From an uncultured Planctomycetota bacterium (GTDB lineage Bacteria > Planctomycetota > Planctomycetia > Isosphaerales > Isosphaeraceae): 64,000 nucleotides of DNA. Below the pieces are notes generated by a model, which saw nothing but the letters and a program-made list of their open reading frames with translations, was not told the origin of the DNA and made no database searches. Below are positions 45,525-54,723 of this stretch, piece after piece. The DNA is taken from assembly GCA_963845755.1 (NCBI GenBank), contig CAWJTV010000033.1, forward strand, positions 320,001 through 384,000, in the 5' to 3' direction. The first letter of the stretch is position 1. Each line of letters opens with the position of its first letter. The position numbers and the translations under genes were made by a program.

Positions 45525-46980
45525 ATGCCCGTTTCCTGGACCATCAAGGCCCGACGTCACCTACGGCAAGGGCTGGCCGAAGCCCTGTGCAGGGAAAGTC
45601 ACAACCTGGGAAACCCCGGGCCTGAGTCGCAGCGATACTTCGGCGTGCTGGAGAGGACCATGGACAATCTCAGCGAGGTTCTCGCGGTCACCTTTCCGGG
45701 AAAGTCGGTCGTCGTGCAGGACCAGGTGATCGGATTCCGGCGCAAAGCAGGCCAGTTCGTCCTGATGGTCGAGGTCTTCGATCCGGGGGATGAATCGTGG
45801 TCGGGTGAGGTCAGTCGGAGCGGCCCGTACGTGGTCAAGATCGGCCCTACGGAGTTCCTGGAGCGGGAGCATCGCGGCTGGGCCTGCTGCCGGCCGCCGG
45901 GCCTGCGGCACGACCTGGTGTTCCTCGACCTCGAAGGCATCCACGAGGACGGGGATCGCGGCCCGCTCATCAGCCTGGTCTATGGCGACGCGCAGCAATT
46001 CCTCGGCGTCGAGACCACGACCACGCTCGAGGCCGCCGCGCTCGAGGCCGTGCGGTTCGGCGTGCCCACGGTCGCCTCGATCGGCTTTGTCATCGTCGCG
46101 CTTTACGAGCGGATCGGACACTTGCTCTACGGCCAGTCCTTCATCGACGACCCGGCGCGGGCGGACTATGCTTTCGACCTCCCCAAGCTGACCGACCGCA
46201 TGGCGCAATGGGATTTCGAACCCGTCGTGCCAGGCCGCCCGCCGCGACGTCAATACGCTGGCTCGGAGCGGCCCCGAGCAGTTCCTCGACCCGATCGACT
46301 ACCTCGACTACGTACGTCAGCTCGTCCCCTGGAAGCTCGCGGACGGTTCGACCCAGGCTCCCACGGCCGACCTGGAGGCGATGCGGCAGCTCGGCGAGCC
46401 CGTGCCGACGCGCGCCGACCTGGTCCCCCGCCTGCTCCGCGGATGTGCCCACGGCGACCTGCACGGGCGCAACGTGCTGGTCGGGATCGTGCGCGAGCAG
46501 GCCCTGTGGCCGACGGTCTTCGACTACGAGGACATGGGCCCGTGCAACCTGATCGGCTGGGACTTCGTCAAGCTCGAGACCGAGCTGAAGATCCGCGCCT
46601 ATCTCGAGGTCTTTGCGGGGGTGGTGCCCAGCGCGTTCGTTCAGAGCGTGCAGAAGTTCGAAGTCGCGCTCGACGCGCGTACGGAGGAGTGTCATGCCAA
46701 CCGAAGCTGGCCGATGGTCGGCGAGGCGGCGACCCCGGCCGATCGGCTCCGCGTCATTCTCTTGGAAGTCCGACGGATGGCCGTGCGCCACCTCGGAGAC
46801 AACGTCGGCCGGCCCAACGACTGGCTGGAACAGTATTACTTCCTGCTGGCGTGTTACGGCATCTGGACGGGCAAGTTCGACAACCTCCAGCTCCGCGAGC
46901 GAATGGGCGCCTTGATCTCGGCCGGAGTCGCCACCGCCCGGCTGAACTGGCCCCGTCTTGAATCACGAATTGCACGTTAG
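45525..46980 (+). CDS. APH/phosphotransferase-like kinase (TCAD9-like), frameshift near 46225
   Basis: YVVKIG...ERE, HGDLHGRNVLV, FDYEDM and WDFVKLETELK. Confidence 0.75.
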
Positions 46981-47086
46981 CCGCCTCTCCTCACCGCAGA
47001 AACTGCTAACTGAAGGAGAAACGGACCGGACCCATTCACCACAGAGTCACAGCGCGGGCGAGCCGCAACCAACCAATCAAAAGAGA

Positions 47087-47349
47087 CTCACCACAGAGTC
47101 ACAGAGGACACAGAGAGGAATTTTTCGATGCCTTCTGTTGATGCAACCTCTTGTGTCTCGAGACGTTATGAAATCATGCACGGTGTACAAGATTCTCGAA
47201 CTTAGTAGTACAGAGCACACAGAGAAGACCATAACGCATTGTAATTTCATGAGTGTACAGAGTCATGTTTCCTCTCATGACGTCTTTTCGAGAATCAGAA
47301 TTCACAACTGTTTCTGTCTTCTCTGTGCTCTCTGTGGCTCTGTGGTGAG
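47087..47349. repeat. CACAGAG-type inverted-repeat element (MITE/REP-like), 263 bp
   Basis: 30-bp arms 47087-47116 and 47320-47349 match 27/30; AT-rich interior; extra partial arm at ~47035-47052. Confidence 0.8.
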
Positions 47350-47386
47350 ATATCCGAACCCGATCTGTTCTCCCAAGGACAATCCC

Positions 47387-48262
47387 GTGAGCGCACCAAT
47401 CTCAACCCCGACACTCGAAGCCACCCTCAAGGTCCCGTTCCCGAGCTATCACCGGCCGCTGGCCTGGGCGCATCAGTGGCTTTCGAGCGGCGATCCCGAG
47501 CGCAAGAGGGTCGCGGTCGAGTTGCTCCGGACGCTGTACCAACGGTATGACCACGCCGTGGCGGTCGGCCAGGAGCTGGTCCTGGCCTTGATGGAGAGCG
47601 GCAGGGAGGCTCAGCCCGAGGCCGAGGCGACCCTCCAGGGGATCGATGCCCGGTTTGCCAAGCTGGACGAGGAGCTCCTCTGCCGGTGGGGCCGGTTCTA
47701 CAAGGACCATGGCGACCGGTACCTCGGGCTGCCCTGGCTGGTCACGGAGATCCCGCCCAACCCCGAGGAAGCGCGGCCGTATTACCTCAGGTCACTCGAG
47801 AAGTACGAGGAAGCGTTTCGCATCCGTTCGGGGCATTACCCGGGGATCAACACGGCCACGCTCCAGTTCTTGCTGGGCACGCTGGCCCGGCCGGCGGGCA
47901 CAGCGTCATCCCCTGAGGGCAACGAAGTCGCCAAGGCACAAGCGATCGCGAGCCGGCTACTCGAAGGGCGCGAGAAGTGGTCGGAGTTGACCCCGAAGGA
48001 TCGCACGATCTGGCACCCCGCGACGGCGGCCGAGGCGCACTTGCTGCTCCAGGAATGGGACCCGGCCGCCCGCGAATACCGCGTTGCGATAGAGAACAGC
48101 CGGGGCGCGCTCCGTGACATCGAAAGCATAGGACGTCAGGTTTGTCTGATCGTCATGGGCTGGAGTCGTGTCGGCGTAGCGATCCCCGAGCCGTTCACCC
48201 AGCTCCATCTCTTATTCCCCAGCGTGCCACGGGAACTCATTATCCTATTAACACAATTTTGA
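47387..48262 (+). CDS. TPR-S / DUF4071-like (MAP3K TRAFs-binding-like) helical repeat protein
   Basis: GTG after AAGGA; ELLCRWGRFYKD, YEEAF...HYPGINTATL and WHPATAAEAHLLL. Confidence 0.75.
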   Translation: MSAPISTPTLEATLKVPFPSYHRPLAWAHQWLSSGDPERKRVAVELLRTLYQRYDHAVAVGQELVLALMESGREAQPEAEATLQGIDARFAKLDEELLCRWGRFYKDHGDRYLGLPWLVTEIPPNPEEARPYYLRSLEKYEEAFRIRSGHYPGINTATLQFLLGTLARPAGTASSPEGNEVAKAQAIASRLLEGREKWSELTPKDRTIWHPATAAEAHLLLQEWDPAAREYRVAIENSRGALRDIESIGRQVCLIVMGWSRVGVAIPEPFTQLHLLFPSVPRELIILLTQF

Positions 48263-48320
48263 CGATGGGGTCCGCAATGTCGCGCACACCAGGGGAACTC
48301 CGCAGCAGGAGGCCGAGAGG

Positions 48321-49044
48321 TCATCCACGTGAGGCGAACCGCCTGAGGTCATCGGCCATCTGACCGAGACGGTCTGCCAGATCACGGGGCGCTTTGAGAC
48401 ATTGCCGAAGAGTCGCAAGGAGTTGTTCGATCTCCTCGAGGGTGACCTTGACCGCATAGGCCCCGGGGGCCGGGCTCGCGTTGAGGAACTCCCATATGGC
48501 CCTCTTCCAACCTTCGTCACCCAGGAGGGTGCACACCAACGCCAGGTCGGCGGCCGCGTATTCATCTTTGGCCCTCGGGCCGCTGCGCTGTCGCCGGACT
48601 TCGTCTCTGGCCGTCTCCAGCTCCTCGCGCAAGGCCAGGTTCGACAACCTTGGCCGCATCGTCGTGGATCGCCTCAGGCTGGATGTAAACGCGCGCGACC
48701 AGCCGTTGCACCATGTTGTAGGAGTTGATGATCCCATAGCCTGATTCCCGCCGCTCGATTTCGTACCCCGCGTCATAGGCACGGGCGGATTTCTCGAATT
48801 CCCCCCACCTGCGAAAAATCCCGCCTTTTGTCCCGAGGATATAGGCCAACTGGGCGGCGATCTCCATCTCCGAACGACCGAGCCTTTCCCCGGGCTCGCG
48901 GGACTGTTCGAGTCGCTCGAGGGCGGTGCGAAGGTGGCCTTCGGCCTGCTCGATCAACGCGACCGCCCGCGGGAAGTCCCCGCGGTCGCGGGCATTCATC
49001 GCGTCCGACTTCAGTTTTCTTGCCAGATCGATGACATCAGACAT
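48321..49044 (-). CDS. TPR-like helical protein (frameshift near 48650)
   Basis: GTKGGIFRRWGEFEKSARAYDAG...SYNMVQRL...YAAADLAL; start overlaps upstream stop by 8 nt. Confidence 0.7.
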
Positions 49045-52000
49045 GATTGAGGCTCCCTCGGGACGCGATGGTATCGAGGACCTTTCCGATTTCGAGGGCG
49101 AGGGCCGCGTACTCGGTCCCGGAATAGTCCTGCAATCGGTCCCGGAGATTCCTGCCGACCTGTTCGAGCGCACCCAGGTGGGGGTCGTTGGGGTCGGATT
49201 CTTGCTTGGTGAGTTTCTCGGTCAATTTGTACCGGCCGTCCAGGTAATACCAGGCCGCCAGCTCATGCTCGATCGCGGCCTTTTTGATGTGCTCGGCGAG
49301 GGACTCGGCGAACAGCACACTCATCTGTCCCGCTTCGGCCACCGCGGGGCCGGCGATCGCCTTGGCCCCGCTCAAGAGGAGCTCCTGGACGGGTCGTCCC
49401 CCCGGCTCTCGGCGCCATTCGATGGAGTCGGCGACCACCTGGTAGGTGCGCCCGGCGAGAGCGTCGCGCCGGTCCCCAGAGACGGCTGATTCGGATCGAA
49501 TTCCGCCAGGCGGTCCTTGAGGTTCTTGAGTTCCTTCAGGCTGAACCGCGTCGGCTTGAAGAAGTCGAAGAGGGCCCGCCTCGCGGGGTCGCCGTCCAGC
49601 TCCACGGCCTTGGCGGGGTCGCCGTCCGGATCGTCCGAGTAGAAGATGAAGATCGGATCGGTGTCATTGACCGCGAGGCGAACCCCGATCTCGAAGAAAA
49701 CGTTGGGGCGCCAGCCGGTCCAGTCGGCGATGCAGACCCTCGTGCAACGGATGGCCGGGTAGAGTCGTTGCTCGACCAGTTGGGGCGACGCGCAATCGAG
49801 CCGTGAGACGAGCCTGGTCGCCTCGCCGAATCGACCTTCGAGCTTGCCCTTCAAGGTTTCGTTGACTTTCTTGCCGTGATCGGGGTCGAACCATTGGAGC
49901 AGCAAGACCTGCTCTTCGGGTTCGCGGATGCCCGGCGTTTCGCCGAGGCGCCTCACCGCATCGAACGCGGGGAGATCGAGGTAGGCATCCGGCTGGAGTC
50001 TGAGGGCATCGTAGCCGGCTTCAAGAGCGTTGGCGATCTGCTTGATCTCCTCTTTTCTGGTGCGAATCGGGATGAGCGAGGCGAGGTTGAAAGGGAGGGG
50101 GTTGCCGCCCGGTTCGTCGTTCGTGAGCGTGATCGTGACGCCCCGCCGGACCGCCGAGCGAATCCCCAGGAACAGCATCACCGCGCAATCGAGCCCCGTG
50201 ATGTCGAACACCGCGAGGTCGCATTCGCAGAGGGCGCGGACGGTCCGCTCGTAGGCCGCCGAAGTCGCGAGCGCCTCGGTGGCCAGGATGACCTCGGGGA
50301 CGGTCTCGATCTCGGGACCCGCGACGGTTCGCGAACCCAATCGCTTCTTGAGCTTCTCGAGCGCCTGCGTGACCCGTTCCTCCTGAGTCATCTCACCGGG
50401 AGGGTCCCCTCTCCCTTTGACGAGGACACACCCGATCCGGCCCGCGAAATCCAACCGAAGCGGAGGGATCTTGCCCAACGCGGCCTCGAAATCCTCGGTG
50501 CTGTACAGACGCTTTCGGGTCCAGTCCTCATCCTGCCGGTCCGGCCGCCACTCCGCACGGAGCGGCTCGCACGCGGCCCAGATGTCGGGGAATCCCTGCG
50601 CGAGGGCCGGCTTCGGTCCGTGTCGGATGATGGCTTGATCCACCTTCATGGGCTTGCCGGTCCGGCCCTCGAAGCGGGTGTGACCGACGATTGATGCGAC
50701 AGCGTCGATGACCTTGCCCTTCTCGCTTGCCGTCAGCTTCGGACGAGGCCATAGGCTCGCCAGTTGCGTCCTGAGGCCTTCGATCAGCCCGACTCTTTCC
50801 GTCAGCCTCGTCTCGTCGGTATCCGCGGCTATCTTGCCTTCGCGGTCGAAGATGCGGAAGTGGAGCAACTGATTCACGGCGGCTACGACGATCAGATTCT
50901 TACCCTCGCTCGGGATGTCTCGTGCGTCATTCACCGAGGACATCAATCGTAGGTCGTACCCCTCGAAGCGGATGACATACCCCTTGAGCGTCTTCACCGG
51001 CTCCTCGATCCGACCGGGCTTGTCCACGAGGAGGAACCTCTTCTTGTTGTAGAGGTACGCGGTGATCAGTCTGTTGAGGACGGAAGCCTGCGGGCTGAAT
51101 AACGCCTCCTCGGAACTGTTCAGCCAGATCGTCCCCATCTTGCGCGGGCGTAGGTTCGCGTCCAGCGCCGGGCGCGATCTCGCTCGCCGCCGCCTTGTAC
51201 GCATCGGCGCGGGCCTGCGGCGAGCCACCCTTCTCCTCGACCTCCTTGAGCCGATCAGCGACTTTGCTGAGGGAATGTTTACTCACCTTATTGATCACAT
51301 CGCCATGTTTAAAATCCATAATGCAGAGCCGCATGAGATCGGTGAGCCCACCGTCGCCGCTCCCGGACAGGAACCAGGACCCGATGGACTCGGCCTCGAG
51401 TCCGTCGAGGCGCGTGTCGGTCCAGTAGCCGTCGGACGCCTCCGTGTCGTCCCTGCCGAAGCCGACCGCCAGGATGACGACGTCGAACTCCCGTCGGTCT
51501 TCCCCGCCAACCTGGACGAAGGGCCTCTTACCGGCGACACCGACTTTGATCTCTTTGCAATCACATCGAGGATGGGGCAACCTCTGACCCAGGCGGGATC
51601 GAAGCCGATCCCACTCTTTGTCGAGTTGCTCGACGACTTCCACCGCGTTTTTCGCACTCCAGGGCAATATCGGCACGTCGGCCTGATCGCCCAGCTCGGT
51701 GCTGTAGGGCCAGTCGTAGATATATGGGTGGATATATCGCTTATCGCACCCCCTCTGGAGCCGCATGGTATCCCCGAGCTCCTCGAACACCTGGCATTCT
51801 CGAACGCCCCGCACGGCCGCGGCGGCGGCGGCCGTCATCCCGGCAATCCCGCCCCCGATCACGGCAACCCGGCTCTGGCCGGACAGGATGCCGCCCTTCG
51901 CCAGGGAGTTGACCAGGTTCAGTGCGCGGACCTGCTGGAAGTAGACGGTCACATACCTCGCGAAACAACCCAGGACGTAGATCCCCGGTTTACCGGGTAC

Positions 52001-52066
52001 TCGCATCAGTCGGAGCAGCTCGGTCCGGTGCTCGTCATCGGTCTGAGGTTCCTTGGGGAATGACAT
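49037..52066 (-). CDS. FAD-dependent oxidoreductase fused to two nucleoside-deoxyribosyltransferase/DRHyd-like domains (~1000 aa; two frameshifts)
   Basis: GGAGGGA RBS; VAVIGGGIAG, FDVVILAVGFG, SGSGDGGL; CDLAVFDITGLDCAVMLFLGIR and VCIADWTGWRPNVFFEIGVR. Confidence 0.75.
50676..50961. mobile_element. MITE-like element inserted in frame in a CDS
   Basis: TIRs GGGTGTGACCGACGATTGATG / GGGTACGACCTACGATTGATG (18/21); flanking duplication CTCGAAGC (50668-50675, 50962-50969); 286+8=294 bp. Confidence 0.85.
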
Positions 52067-52435
52067 CCCTCCCTCCACTTCGACATCGAACCTGGAGAAA
52101 CCGGTCGGCCGAGTCGGTCGCGACCCCGGCTCGGTCGAGGGTTCCCAGGTGGGAAAAGACCGAACGCGGGACTGAGACAGGCTGGAAGGAACGGGACAGG
52201 ATGGGTTGTTCGACGGCATGTCCCCGACGCCTCTGCGTTTTCATCCCGGTTCACGCCATGCCTGAAGGATCAGTCTACAAGGTCGATCAGGCCAAGTCCA
52301 TCGCGCGGGGGCCGCATCCCGAGAAATCCGCAAGTGCATTCGAATCGCGATGGGGAAGGTGTACGATGAGCACGTGGCCGCCCCATGCCGAGGGGTGACT
52401 TCGATGCCCGTATCGCGTCGATAACCGGAGGTCCC

Positions 52436-53530
52436 ATGAGTCCCGAAGTCGAGATGACTCAGCCGGGTCGGAGCCGACCTGCCGCACCGATTCCGCTGGT
52501 AGATCGACCCATGGTCGAAGACACGGACATGGTTGAGACGCCCGACGAAATGGCGAATTGGCCGGCGTTGGTCGATCGTCTTCGGCGCTGCAGCGAACTG
52601 ATCAGCCCGGTCTTCCACGATCGCGATGCCGAGGCCAAGGATCACCAGAGATACCATCGACTCCTCACCACCCTGGCTGCCGTCTTCGGTACAGGCGCCG
52701 TCCTGTTCGCGATCCTGCAACTGGCGTATCCGGATCTGCTCGGTGGCACGACCCTGGAGGTCGTCGAGGTCGTGGCCGTGGTCGCGGCGCTCGCCGCGGT
52801 GGTGATGGGCGTGATCTCGGGCCGGCAAAGTCGGTGGCTACTCGAGCGGCATAAGGCCGAGCGGCTCCGGCTGGCCAAGTTCCGGTTCCTGATCGACCCG
52901 GCAACCTGGAGTGACCGCCCGGAGGACGTCGAGCATCGGGTCGCGGCCCTCCGCGCCGAGGTTGACCGCATTCAATCAATTACGTCACGCCAGTTCCGAG
53001 AGTGGACCGAGCAGGAAGATGTGCATCTGGAACCGCATCAGCGGCAAGACCAGCCCACCGGGGAAACGCGCGACCAACTGGTCGACTACTATCGGACCAA
53101 ACGCCTGTTGTTCCAACGCGATATCTTCCGCAGCCGGGCCAAGCGGCACGATCGATGGGATCGTGACAGCCGTCGCCTCGGGCCAATCCTGTTCCTCGGC
53201 AGTGTGTCCGCAGTCCTGGTCCACTTCGGGATCGACCTGTATAACCGGCGGAAGGGGTACAATGTGGACACCACGCCATTAATCCTGCTGGCCGCGGGCT
53301 TGCCCGTGGCCGGTGCCGGCATCCGCACCCTGCGCACGGCGTACGAGTTTGCTCGAAACACCAGTCGCTATCGCGCAAAGTCCGTCGCGCTGGATCGACT
53401 TGACCACATTCTTAAGGAAGAGCAGGATCCTCAGTCAGAGATTCGTTTGTTGGGGTACTCGGAAGAGCTTCTGGAATTCGAGCATCATGAATGGTGCCGG
53501 CTCATGATCGAGGCGGAGTGGCTTCCGTGA
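52436..53530 (+). CDS. Double SLATT (DUF4231-like) membrane protein
   Basis: GGAGG RBS; two 2-TM hairpins, followed by WLLERHKAERLR and by SRY...L...EELLEFEHHEW respectively. Confidence 0.8.
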   Translation: MSPEVEMTQPGRSRPAAPIPLVDRPMVEDTDMVETPDEMANWPALVDRLRRCSELISPVFHDRDAEAKDHQRYHRLLTTLAAVFGTGAVLFAILQLAYPDLLGGTTLEVVEVVAVVAALAAVVMGVISGRQSRWLLERHKAERLRLAKFRFLIDPATWSDRPEDVEHRVAALRAEVDRIQSITSRQFREWTEQEDVHLEPHQRQDQPTGETRDQLVDYYRTKRLLFQRDIFRSRAKRHDRWDRDSRRLGPILFLGSVSAVLVHFGIDLYNRRKGYNVDTTPLILLAAGLPVAGAGIRTLRTAYEFARNTSRYRAKSVALDRLDHILKEEQDPQSEIRLLGYSEELLEFEHHEWCRLMIEAEWLP

Positions 53531-53584
53531 GACGCACGGGGTATCGAGTTTGAGCGATTTCGCTCAACCAGAAAGCGGTGGACC

Positions 53585-53872
53585 TTGACATACAGACCTC
53601 GTCCGATCGATACGATGCAAGTCGAACTGACGCCCGAGCTCCTCCAACTCGTGGAACGATTGGCTGAGAACGTCCATGACGTCTGGGCAGCCAACCGGCT
53701 GGCGGCAGGCTGGAGACTCGGCCCCAGCCGGGATGGCGACCTCAAGCAGACCCCCTTGCTCGTGCCGTACGCGGAACTGCCCGAGTCGGAGAAGCACTAC
53801 GATCGCGACCTGGCACTGGCGACCCTCAAGGCGATCCTGGCGCTGGGATATCAGATCGAGCCAATAAAATGA
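53585..53872 (+). CDS. Stand-alone RyR domain protein
   Basis: YRPRPIDT..VEL...LAENVHDVWA..RL..GW..GP.RD..LK.TPLLVPYAELPESEK.YDR. Confidence 0.93.
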   Translation: MTYRPRPIDTMQVELTPELLQLVERLAENVHDVWAANRLAAGWRLGPSRDGDLKQTPLLVPYAELPESEKHYDRDLALATLKAILALGYQIEPIK

Positions 53873-53911
53873 GGTCCAGGATCACGCAGCAGGGAGCGAA
53901 GCGAGACTCGC

Positions 53912-54712
53912 GTGGCACCGAAGGAACACTGCATGTCTGGTGCTCTTGACAATCTCGTTGGTGGTCTCCACAAGATGATGATCCCTGACATCCTCGACCA
54001 TTCCGGAGATACGGCGATAACTCGGGGTATGTGGTGGAAACGTGGCACCCTGCTCGCGGGGCTTCTCGCGGTTCCGACGCTCGGGATCGGTGACACAGGC
54101 ATAGAACGAAAGGTTCAGCCATTGGGAGGCCAGAAGACACGCGCCGCAACCGAAGGCAGGAAGTTCTCCCACGAAGAGACCCTCCGCTGGATTGGGGAGA
54201 ACAAAGCGTGGCGGCTGGCACGGAAGAACCGGCCGATCTGGGCCCGGCCGGTCGAGCCGGAGGAGGTCGGCAAGGAGTTCCAGACGGCCGATCACGTCAG
54301 GGAGAAGGCCCCCGCTGGCGTTTGGCTCTGTGTGGGAGTGGTCGGCGAACCGTGGTTCCAGGCTTTCGAGAAGATCGAAGGCAAATACGAGCGCGACGGC
54401 CAGGAAACCCGGACCTTCGCGTTCGATGGGAATCCACGGACCTACCGGAAGTACAAGCCCAAGGGGACGATCCGCAACTGGGTTGCGCAGGTCAAGGGAC
54501 CCGGCATCGCGGGGTTTTATGTCCGGCCAGGGTACGATCCCGCCCGCCCGCTCTATTCACCGCCCGGCGGATACGTCGTCAAGGACGACGTGGCGGATCC
54601 CTATCGCGACGAGCCGAAAGACGTCTGGCTGGTCCAGCAGTCGCTGTTCGAGAGCACCTATGAAATCATCCGGGATCGACGACCGGGCAAGGCAACCCCG
54701 AAGCGTCGATGA
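53912..54712 (+). CDS. Hypothetical protein, PGDYG-like internal duplication, possible signal peptide
   Basis: Two units AGVWLCVGVVGEPW...KYE and PGGYVV....DVWLV....FESTYE; start uncertain. Confidence 0.55.
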   Translation: MAPKEHCMSGALDNLVGGLHKMMIPDILDHSGDTAITRGMWWKRGTLLAGLLAVPTLGIGDTGIERKVQPLGGQKTRAATEGRKFSHEETLRWIGENKAWRLARKNRPIWARPVEPEEVGKEFQTADHVREKAPAGVWLCVGVVGEPWFQAFEKIEGKYERDGQETRTFAFDGNPRTYRKYKPKGTIRNWVAQVKGPGIAGFYVRPGYDPARPLYSPPGGYVVKDDVADPYRDEPKDVWLVQQSLFESTYEIIRDRRPGKATPKRR

Positions 54713-54723
54713 TGCTGCCGTCC

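Noticed and set aside
46958..47386. 143-aa N-terminal extension of the TPR-S-like ORF
   Set aside because: It translates the CACAGAG repeat element; a better GTG start with RBS lies at 47387.
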